Positions 17,871 to 25,229 of a stretch of DNA of 25,229 nt are shown here, piece after piece. A program made the translations under genes and the position numbers. Numbering within the stretch: position 1 is the stretch's first letter; every line of letters begins with the position of its first letter. The notes under the pieces are model-generated. The model was not told the DNA's origin, made no database searches, and saw only the letters and a list, made by a program, of their open reading frames with translations. Source of the stretch: Armatimonadota bacterium (lineage in GTDB: Bacteria; Armatimonadota; UBA10988); assembly GCA_016235455.1 (NCBI GenBank), contig JACRKZ010000147.1:1-25229 (forward strand). The letters are read 5' to 3'.

Positions 17871-19243
17871 TCCTGCGCTTCATGCTGCTCCTTGGGCTCT
17901 TGGCCGCGGGCGCTCACGGCATGACGCTGCGCGACTTCGGCGGCACCTGCCAGGGCTCGGTCGACCGGCCGCTGCTGTGGGACACGGCGCTGGGCTGGGA
18001 CCGCCACGACATCGGCTGGAGCGATTGCGAGCCCCAGCGCGGCGAGTGGCACGCCGACGCGCTCGAGCACTTCGGCCAGCGCGTCCTGGCAGCCCGCGCC
18101 AAGGGCGTCCGCATTCTGCCGGTGTTGTGCTACAACGCGCCCTGGTCGTGGGATCGCGGCGAGCGCTCGTTCGCCTACGAGGGCACGCGCTGGCACATCG
18201 TGCCGCGTGCCGACGGCAAGTTCGATGTGACCACCACCGATCGCGATGGCCAGACGCGCACCGAGGTGCAGTCCGGCGGCGGGATGTGGCCGCTGGCCGC
18301 CGAGCGCCAGGCCGACTGGGCAGCGTACGTGCGGCGCGTGGTCACCTTCTTGCGCTCCGAGCCCTACGGCGTCGAGTACTTCCAGATCTGGAACGAGGCC
18401 CATCCGCGCAGCGGCTTCTGGTTCGGCGATCTGGACAGCTACATGCAGCGTGTCCATCTGCCCGCGGCCAAGGTCATCCGCGAACTGGGCGGCAAGGTGG
18501 TCTACGGCGGCTGGCCGTGCTGCGGTTCGGTTCCCGAGTACCTGGCGCTGCTGGACAAGCATCAGGCCTGGGACACGCTCGACGTGCTGGACGTGCACTA
18601 CTCCGGCCTGCAGGCGTTTGAGCAGCTCCATGCCGCGGCTCGGCCGCATGGCGGCCGGTCAATCTGGCAGACCGAGGTGGGCTTCGCGCCCAACATCGAC
18701 AGCGTCCCCAACACCTGGACGCGCGTGTTCTACTGGGCGTTGACCCACGGCGGGCAGCAGTCGCCCGACTTCTGCCGGCAGTTCCACTTCGCCTACTGGT
18801 CGCCTAACGACCCCAAGGCCTACGGCTATCGGCACTGCCTGCTGAGCGGCGACCAGCTCTCGGTCCACGGCCAGTCGCTGGCGACGCTGGCGGCGCTGCT
18901 GGGCTCCGGCGCGGTCCGGCCGTATGCCGATGTCGCCACGCAGCCGGCGCTCTTGGCCAATCTCGATGGGGCCAGCGACGGCGCCGAGGGCTTCGCCCTG
19001 GCCGACCGCGTGGTTGTGGCACTGCATGTGCGGCGGGCCGGCCTGCCCGAGCACGTGGTGCTGCGGCTACCCAAACTGGCTTCGGCCCGCCAGGTAGCCC
19101 GGGTGTCGGCCACCGGCGAACGGCAGCCGCTGGTAGCGCTCGCTGACGCGGACGGCCTGACGATCGCCGTGCCCACGGCTGGGCTGTCCGGCGACAGCAT
19201 GGTCACCTGCTACGTGTCGGTCGAGGGCGTTAGCGCTCGATGA
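17867..19243 (+). CDS. Secreted clan GH-A glycoside hydrolase (GH39/GH5-like) with a C-terminal beta domain
   Basis: Signal peptide; YFQIWNEA (acid/base), DVHY and IWQTEVG (nucleophile). Confidence 0.75.
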   Translation: MILRFMLLLGLLAAGAHGMTLRDFGGTCQGSVDRPLLWDTALGWDRHDIGWSDCEPQRGEWHADALEHFGQRVLAARAKGVRILPVLCYNAPWSWDRGERSFAYEGTRWHIVPRADGKFDVTTTDRDGQTRTEVQSGGGMWPLAAERQADWAAYVRRVVTFLRSEPYGVEYFQIWNEAHPRSGFWFGDLDSYMQRVHLPAAKVIRELGGKVVYGGWPCCGSVPEYLALLDKHQAWDTLDVLDVHYSGLQAFEQLHAAARPHGGRSIWQTEVGFAPNIDSVPNTWTRVFYWALTHGGQQSPDFCRQFHFAYWSPNDPKAYGYRHCLLSGDQLSVHGQSLATLAALLGSGAVRPYADVATQPALLANLDGASDGAEGFALADRVVVALHVRRAGLPEHVVLRLPKLASARQVARVSATGERQPLVALADADGLTIAVPTAGLSGDSMVTCYVSVEGVSAR

Positions 19244-20192
19244 TGTTGAGCGACAGCGCGAACGGCGCGCAGTCGAGCGGCACGGTCTCGCCGGTGGCGC
19301 AGCAGTAGCCATCCTCCTGAGCCAGCAGCGGTCCCAGCCACGGCATGCGCAGGATCTGCGGCGGCGGCACGGATTGCGTGCCCGCCAGCTCCAGCGGACC
19401 GCCGCGATAGACCACGCGCCGTACCTTCACCCACCATGGGTCGAGCGGCACGAGCGTGCGGATCGGCTGGTCCGAGGCATTGAGCACGGCGAAGACGATA
19501 CGCTGCGGGTTGACCAGCGCCACCGCCGAGAGCGCGGAGGGGAAGGTATGGCCGCACAGGTCGATTGACAGCCGCGGCGCGTTGCTTACGTCCACGGTGT
19601 GGATGGCGTCCGCCTCGGCGGCGAAGGTGGCCAAATGCGCCATGACCTGAGCCGTGGCGTCGGCGCTCAGGTTGCCCGCCTCGAGCGTGGCGCTCTGGGC
19701 AAAGGTGTCGAGTATGGCGGACTGCGCTGTCGGTTGCAGCAGCGCGCCGATGGCCACGCCGGCGGCATACAGGCTATGCACCGGCAGGCTGACGGCCTGG
19801 CGCAGGTAGCGCAGCGAAGGGGTGGTGGCCTCGACGGGCTTGAGGCCGTAGGCCAGCCTGAACGGCGTGCCCGCCGCGGCCTCGCGCCGGGCCAGGCTGA
19901 CGCCATAGGCGATCAGCGCTGATGGCCACAGGCGTTCGGGCACGGCATCCAGTTCGGCCGCCAAGGGGCCGCGTGCCTCGACCAGCCGCGGTCCGGCATC
20001 CGGCGCCGTGGTGACCAGGTGCAACGTCTTCAGCGTCGTGGCTACATCGGCGTTGGCGGCGGTTACGCCGAACAGCGCCGGCCGCTTGGGCAATGGCGCG
20101 CCCAGCTTCAGGGTCACGTCCTGAGCCGACGCCGCCGTCGTCACCGCCAACAATGCCAGCCACAAACCAACTGTCCTATCAGCCCTGCGCAT
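19230..20192 (-). CDS. Secreted hypothetical protein; C-terminus resembles a GH-associated beta-sandwich
   Basis: Start placed at ATG 20192 (GAGGTGG RBS; MRRADRTVGLWLALLAVTTAASAQ signal peptide). Promoter-like TTGACG-N17-CACAGT at 20211-20239. Confidence 0.65.
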   Translation of the reverse strand: MRRADRTVGLWLALLAVTTAASAQDVTLKLGAPLPKRPALFGVTAANADVATTLKTLHLVTTAPDAGPRLVEARGPLAAELDAVPERLWPSALIAYGVSLARREAAAGTPFRLAYGLKPVEATTPSLRYLRQAVSLPVHSLYAAGVAIGALLQPTAQSAILDTFAQSATLEAGNLSADATAQVMAHLATFAAEADAIHTVDVSNAPRLSIDLCGHTFPSALSAVALVNPQRIVFAVLNASDQPIRTLVPLDPWWVKVRRVVYRGGPLELAGTQSVPPPQILRMPWLGPLLAQEDGYCCATGETVPLDCAPFALSLNIIER

Positions 20193-20320
20193 GGCCCACC
20201 TCGTCCCAACACTGTGTGGACGACAGCCGTTGGCGTCAAGGTGCGCCATGGCGATCACATCGGCCGCGCGCTTGGGCGACGGACGTGGCAGACTGATCGC
20301 AGAGCGACGGAGACCGCACC

Positions 20321-21349
20321 ATGATGCTTCTGTTGGCCGTACTGAGCCTGGCGGGTCTGCCCGAAGGACCCGGCCTGGCCGCGCGCTACCCCGGCGACCG
20401 AGGTCTGGCCCGTGACCCGGCGGTCGTCTTCGCCGAGGACTTCGAGGCGGCGGATCTGCGGCAACTCGGCGCACGCTGGGACGATGTCAGCAACACGGAC
20501 GGCGGCGCCCTGGCGTTGACCGACGATGTGCCGGCGGCCAGCGTCGGGCGCCAGTCACTGCGGGTGAGCGCGCTGCGTGGCCAGAACACCGGCGGGCATC
20601 TGTACAAGGTGTGGCCGCAAGGCCCAGACCAGGTCTTCTTGCGGTTCTACGTGAAGTTCGCGCCCGACTACGGTCTGTGCCACCACTTCGTCAGCCTGGG
20701 CGGCAAGCCGGGCGCGCCCAAGTGGCCCGAGGGCGCCGCCGGTCTGCGCCCGGCGTCGGCGTTCAGCACCGGCCTGGAGCCGCAGCGAGCCAGCTATCTG
20801 ACCTGGCCCGAGAAGCCTTACGCGCCGCCGGGCATCTGGCACTTCTATACCTACTGGCCCGAGATGCACAGCTACGAGACGCCCGAGGGTCGCGGCTCAC
20901 GGTTCTACGGCAACGACTTCGAGCCGGCCGAGCCCGCGGTGGTGCCGCGCGGGCAGTGGCTGTGCTGCGAGATGATGGTCAAGCTCAACTCAACGCCCGA
21001 GGCGAGCGACGGCGAGCAGGCCTTCTGGATCGATGGCAAGCTGAAGGCCTGGTTCGCGCCGGGCAGTGTCGTCGGCTACTGGATGCGCGACACCTATCGC
21101 CTCGATCCCACGCGCGGCAAGCCGTTCGAGGGCCTGCGCTGGCGCACTGACGGGCGTGTCACCATCAATCGGCTGTGGCTCTCGCACTACGTGTCCGACG
21201 AGGTGTTTGGCGCCACGGAGAGCTGGGCCAAGGCCAACCCGACGGTGCCCGTGAACACCCAGAAGGCCGTCGTGTGGTTCGACGACCTGGTGCTCGCCCG
21301 GCAGTACATCGGTCCCATCGCGAGCGGGGAGGTGAAGCCGGCCGACTGA
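20321..21349 (+). CDS. Secreted hypothetical protein with a probable beta-jelly-roll (polysaccharide-lyase/ConA-like) fold
   Basis: Signal peptide; VVFAEDFE, FLRFYVKF, W.C.EMMVKLN, DGEQAFWIDG and WFDDLVLA..YIGP pattern. The fold assignment is an inference. Confidence 0.65.
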   Translation: MMLLLAVLSLAGLPEGPGLAARYPGDRGLARDPAVVFAEDFEAADLRQLGARWDDVSNTDGGALALTDDVPAASVGRQSLRVSALRGQNTGGHLYKVWPQGPDQVFLRFYVKFAPDYGLCHHFVSLGGKPGAPKWPEGAAGLRPASAFSTGLEPQRASYLTWPEKPYAPPGIWHFYTYWPEMHSYETPEGRGSRFYGNDFEPAEPAVVPRGQWLCCEMMVKLNSTPEASDGEQAFWIDGKLKAWFAPGSVVGYWMRDTYRLDPTRGKPFEGLRWRTDGRVTINRLWLSHYVSDEVFGATESWAKANPTVPVNTQKAVVWFDDLVLARQYIGPIASGEVKPAD

Positions 21350-21379
21350 CGAAGCAGCGCTGCGGAGAGGGAGCAGATC

Positions 21380-23017
21380 ATGCCAAGAGCCACACGGGCT
21401 TGGCGCGTCTTGGCCATCGCCGCTGCGCTACTGGCAGCGGTTGGGGCACGCGCCGAGTGTCTTCTCAAGCCGGGCGACCGCGTCGTCATCTACGGCGACA
21501 GCATCACCGAGCAGCGCATGTACTCGCGCTACCTGCAGCAGTACATCGACGTGCGTTACCCCGAGCTCAAGGTCCGCTTTTTCAACTGCGGCTGGGGCGG
21601 TGACACCGCCGGCGGCGCCACTGGCCGCCTCGAACGCGACGTTCTGTGGTGCAAGCCCACCGTGGCCACACTGTTCTTCGGCATGAACGACGGCGGCTAC
21701 CACGCTGTTGAGCAGGGCACGACCGACAACTACAGCCGCAACATGGAGAACCTGATCAAGGGGCTCCAGGCCGCCGGTGTCCGGGTCATCGTCTACACGC
21801 CGGGCTGCGTCGATGGCGATCGCCAGAAGCGCCTGGCCGACTGCAAGTACAACGAGCAGCTCGAGGCGCTGGGCAAGGCGGGCGAGGCGCTGGCCAAGAA
21901 GTACAACTGCCAGTTCGCCGACATCCACCATCCGATGCTGGACATCCAGACCAAGAGCAAGGCGGCCAAGGCCGACTTCACCATGATCCCCGATTCGGTG
22001 CATCCCAATGCCGCCGGCCATCTGGTCATGGCGCGCTACATGCTGGCCGGGCTGGGCGCGGAGCCCATGCCGGCGATGGGCAGCTTCAATGTGGCCAACG
22101 ACATGGGCGAAGGGCTCCGGCTGCTGAGCAAGACCCCGACCCAGGCCATCATGGAGACCACGGCGCCGGTCAAGGTGCCATTCTGGTTCGAGGATGGCTC
22201 GCTGGACGTGGCCAACCTCTGCGGCATGACCGAGTTCTCCGGTCAGAAGCTGACCGTCAAGGGCATGCCGGCCGGTACGTACCAGGTCACCGTGGACGGC
22301 GCCAACGTGGTCAAGGTGACCGCCGATGAGCTGGCCGCGGGCGTCAACGTGCCCGGTACCTGGTCGTCCGTGGGTCGACGCATCCACGACATGGTCCAGC
22401 GCAAGGAAGACAACTTCTTCACGCTGTGGCGCCAGGTCCGCCTGCCGCTAGCCGACATGCCGGAATCCAAGGCGATTGTGGATGGCCTGATGGCTGCCGA
22501 TGAGGGCTACCACGCCGCCATCTGGGCCATGGCCGGCAGTGGCGCCAAGGCCACCATCTCGGTCAGCCGCGCGCCGGAAGGCCCCAACCTGGCCAAGGGC
22601 CGCAAGTACGAGTGCTCGGACCCCAACACGTACAACTGGGGCATCGGCAAGCTGACCGACGGCTCCTGGGACCCGAGCGCCAACGGCTGCTTCGCCACGG
22701 GCGCCAGCGCCGACTTGCCCAAGACCGTCACCGTCGACCTGGAAACCCCGACCAAGGTCGGCACGGTCGTCGCCGGCGTGCCGCATTTCGGCTCGACCAA
22801 GACCATCAAGGTGTCGCTCAGCCTGGACGGCACGACCTTCACCGAAGTCGGCAGCCACGAGTTCGTCCAGCGCCGGGCCGACCGCTGGCTCTACTCGTTC
22901 GAGCCGGTCGAGGCCCGCTACGTGAGGCTCACTTACCCCGACCGCTGGCCGACCGAGGTCGACTACCCGACGGGCTTCGCCTTCACCACCGAAGTCGAGG
23001 TCTACGCCGGCAAGTAG
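21380..23017 (+). CDS. Secreted SGNH/GDSL esterase with a C-terminal discoidin (F5/8 type C, CBM32-like) domain
   Basis: GDSITE (block I), GWGGDT, FGMND and DSVHP. C-terminal NLAKG..., LTDG, VTVDL, ARYVRL and EVEVY. Confidence 0.9.
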   Translation: MPRATRAWRVLAIAAALLAAVGARAECLLKPGDRVVIYGDSITEQRMYSRYLQQYIDVRYPELKVRFFNCGWGGDTAGGATGRLERDVLWCKPTVATLFFGMNDGGYHAVEQGTTDNYSRNMENLIKGLQAAGVRVIVYTPGCVDGDRQKRLADCKYNEQLEALGKAGEALAKKYNCQFADIHHPMLDIQTKSKAAKADFTMIPDSVHPNAAGHLVMARYMLAGLGAEPMPAMGSFNVANDMGEGLRLLSKTPTQAIMETTAPVKVPFWFEDGSLDVANLCGMTEFSGQKLTVKGMPAGTYQVTVDGANVVKVTADELAAGVNVPGTWSSVGRRIHDMVQRKEDNFFTLWRQVRLPLADMPESKAIVDGLMAADEGYHAAIWAMAGSGAKATISVSRAPEGPNLAKGRKYECSDPNTYNWGIGKLTDGSWDPSANGCFATGASADLPKTVTVDLETPTKVGTVVAGVPHFGSTKTIKVSLSLDGTTFTEVGSHEFVQRRADRWLYSFEPVEARYVRLTYPDRWPTEVDYPTGFAFTTEVEVYAGK

Positions 23018-23034
23018 CACCACCTGTCGTAGAA

Positions 23035-23085
23035 CGTGGAGGCGCGGAGTCAGCGGCCTGATCTGGCCCTCTCCGTGCCTCCGCG
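23035..23085. terminator. Hairpin between the convergent SGNH and DinB genes
   Basis: CGTGGAGGCGCGGAG pairs with CTCCGTGCCTCCGCG (with G-U pairs); no clear U-tract. Confidence 0.45.
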
Positions 23086-23101
23086 CTTCCAGCCTCGGCG
23101 G

Positions 23102-23566
23102 TCACCGCCAGCCCACCAGCGGCAGACCCCATGTGCGCAGCAGGGCGTTGATCTCGCCCAGGTGCTGAGCGGTATGCCGCATGACATACATCATGCGCTC
23201 GGCCGGGTTGGCGCCGGTCCAGGGGAACGGGTTGCCGCCCAGTAGCGCCTCGTCGTCGTGCCGTCCGAACCACTCGCGCAGCCGCTCGGCCACATCGGCG
23301 TGGTACCGCGCAAAGGCCGCCAGACTGGGGAAGCCGTCGGTCGGCGTGCCCTCCCAGTCGCCAATCGTGCCGCCCCAGGCGTACTCGTCGGGCGACGGCG
23401 CCAGGTAGAAATCCACAGTCTCGATGATGTGCGCCAGCAGCCGCTTGGGCACCAGAATCCCCTCGCCGCGGCAGGCGGTGGCCTCATCGAGTTGCTCCAG
23501 GCAGGCGCCGAGCTGCGCCCACTGCCGTTCTGACTGCGCTGAGAGCGCTTGTCCGATCGGTCCCAT
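23102..23566 (-). CDS. DinB/YfiT-family protein
   Basis: 154 aa from ATG 23566 (GGGGAG RBS); LAHI plus RHTAQHLGEI His triad typical of the DinB fold. Confidence 0.85.
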   Translation of the reverse strand: MGPIGQALSAQSERQWAQLGACLEQLDEATACRGEGILVPKRLLAHIIETVDFYLAPSPDEYAWGGTIGDWEGTPTDGFPSLAAFARYHADVAERLREWFGRHDDEALLGGNPFPWTGANPAERMMYVMRHTAQHLGEINALLRTWGLPLVGWR

Positions 23567-23803
23567 GCTTGTCTCCCCGCTCCATCGTGCCTGCTGCCGC
23601 GGGTGGCTGTCAACGCGGTTGGCCGTGGGATGGCGCCGCATCCCGAGATCAACGAGTGCGGACGCCGGTGCGCCACGCCTGTAGGTCCCCGGGTCCATCT
23701 CGGTGGGGGGGCCCAAGTACTGGGACAGTCACGCTGCGCTGACCGCGGCGGCTGCGCCAACGACCGGGGCACCGCCACGCCGCCGCCATCACGTGTGCCG
23801 GCC

Positions 23804-24550
23804 TCATCCCCGCCCAAACAGCCGACCCAACAGCCCCGGCCGCGCCGGCGGCTCTTCGCCCTGCTCGGCCTCGGGCACCAGCAGCAGGAACTGGCGCCGC
23901 GAGTGGAAGCTCGGCGTGGTGCCGGGCCAGCCGAGCGCGTCGTTGGCCAGGAGTTGACGGCCGGGCCGCCAGTCGCGGTTGTCCAGCCGGCAGGTGGCGT
24001 CGACACTGCCGTCGGCGGAGCGGATGGCGAAGCACTCCAGCCAGTGCAGCGCCGGGGTCAAGGCGCTGTCACACAGCGGCTGAGTGAGCATGTCCAGGTA
24101 GCCGTCGACCGTCGGCATCGCCGCCTCGCCGGCGGTGTGCTCGCCGCGCTCGGCCACCGGCCCAAGGATTACCTGGAACCGTCGCGAGCCGCGCGGCCCA
24201 TGGAACTCGACCGGCTGCGTGCTGGCCAGGCAAGTGTGCTCGTCGCGCCACTGGGTCAGCACCGGCAGCACGCCCAGCGACCACTGCGCGGCCACCTCGT
24301 TGACCGCCTGCTGCGGCTCGGCGCCAAGGCCCACGCAGGTCACGCCGACGTTCTGCTGCTGCGCGTCGGTGCCGGCGCGTAGCTCGGCGACGACCATGGT
24401 GCCGGCGCCCACGCTCTGCACCTGCGGCGACCGCACCCGGACATACAACCCCAGCCGGCCCAGCAGCAGCAGTTCGGGCTGCGGGCGGCTCGGCTCAAGC
24501 TCCTCGTTGGCCCCGGCGATGGTGTCGATGATGATGCTGGCCAGGCTCAT
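23804..24550 (-). CDS. DUF6348-like hypothetical protein
   Basis: 248 aa with an AGGAG RBS. The CVGLG, LHWL, CRLDN..W and RQFLLL pattern is recalled from DUF6348 proteins (unverified). Promoter-like TTGACG-N17-CATGCT at 24570-24598. Confidence 0.6.
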   Translation of the reverse strand: MSLASIIIDTIAGANEELEPSRPQPELLLLGRLGLYVRVRSPQVQSVGAGTMVVAELRAGTDAQQQNVGVTCVGLGAEPQQAVNEVAAQWSLGVLPVLTQWRDEHTCLASTQPVEFHGPRGSRRFQVILGPVAERGEHTAGEAAMPTVDGYLDMLTQPLCDSALTPALHWLECFAIRSADGSVDATCRLDNRDWRPGRQLLANDALGWPGTTPSFHSRRQFLLLVPEAEQGEEPPARPGLLGRLFGRG

Positions 24551-24682
24551 GGCGCGCTCCTACGATTCGAGCATGCCTCGGCGGCGATGGGGCGTCAAGT
24601 GAGGCAGGACGGCCGCGCGGCGCGGGGAACGAGTGGGCGGCGCGGTTCGCTAGGGCCAGTGTCAGGGGCAGGGAGCACTGGG

Positions 24683-25229
24683 ATGAATGGCGAGGTGCGC
24701 GACTGGGGCACGATGCGGCGCGTGGGGCCGGCGCTGGTGATCATCGCGCTGCTCTACTCGGTTCCGTTGGCCATGGTGGCCTCCCGGCAGCCGCAAGGCG
24801 CCGCTCCCGAAGTGTGGATCGTCGCGGCGCTGGTGCTGCTGACGGTGCTACTCCCCGCCGTCCCGTCGTGGCTCAGCATGGGCCGCTTTGCGTGGGACGA
24901 TGTCGGCTTGCGCCGAACCGCTCTGCGCCGCGGCTGGTCACTGGCCTGGAGTGACCTGGTCGACTGCGGCGTTAAGCCGGATCGGCTGGGCGCGCCGGCC
25001 TTCGTTTTGACCACCCGCGATGGCTCGACCCGCACCGCGGCGCTCAGCGGAGTCAGCCCCAAGGACCGCCGCCTGTTCGACGAACTCATGCGCCGTACGG
25101 CGAGCCTGCGCGCGCGGCACGAGGCGGCGCTCGATGCCCGCGACCTGGAGATCCTGCCGTCGGCCGAGGCGGCCAAGATGATGCGTGACCTTCGACGCGT
25201 CGCGTTGGTCATCGCAGCCATCGGCCTCG
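24683..25229 (+). CDS. Membrane protein with a probable bacterial PH-like domain, 5' part; runs off the right edge
   Basis: Not in the ORF track. The frame is open from ATG 24683 (GGGAG RBS): two TM helices, then ...RFAWDDVGLRR..LRRGWSLAWSDL..., then another hydrophobic stretch at the edge. Confidence 0.65.
   Translation, partial: MNGEVRDWGTMRRVGPALVIIALLYSVPLAMVASRQPQGAAPEVWIVAALVLLTVLLPAVPSWLSMGRFAWDDVGLRRTALRRGWSLAWSDLVDCGVKPDRLGAPAFVLTTRDGSTRTAALSGVSPKDRRLFDELMRRTASLRARHEAALDARDLEILPSAEAAKMMRDLRRVALVIAAIGL

Noticed and set aside
24754-25221. 155-aa minus-strand ORF
   Set aside because: Low-complexity antisense of the plus-strand membrane gene starting at 24683.

Overview
GC-rich bacterial chromosomal window with no rRNA, tRNA, CRISPR array or transposase that I can recognise. 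From left to right it holds: (1) the 5' part of an ArnT/PMT-type glycosyltransferase; (2) groES-groEL, flanked on both sides by orphan multi-pass membrane genes that are visibly more A/T-rich, with an exact 39-bp tandem duplication in the GroEL tail; (3) a rearrangement scar where a diverged, 5'-truncated copy of an amidohydrolase 3' end abuts a 5'-truncated caspase-like (C14) gene; (4) a minus-strand carbohydrate cluster (DUF1080, DUF1080, amidohydrolase, GH5-like); (5) a plus-strand run of anti-anti-sigma (STAS), motif-degenerate anti-sigma, SigB/F-type sigma, AI-2E transporter and alaS; (6) a TrkA/RCK K+ channel coupled to a secreted GH-A hydrolase, then further secreted glycan-related proteins (jelly-roll protein, SGNH-CBM32); (7) DinB, a DUF6348-like gene and a partial membrane protein. 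The gene mix (Terrabacteria-type partner-switch sigma module plus PVC-type DUF1080/glycan enzymes) suggests an Armatimonadota-like organism, but that is a weak inference. No complete novel system can be shown from sequence alone. The best leads are the duplication/caspase scar, the 8-TM orphan with a lysine in its last helix, and the apparently kinase-dead anti-sigma module.
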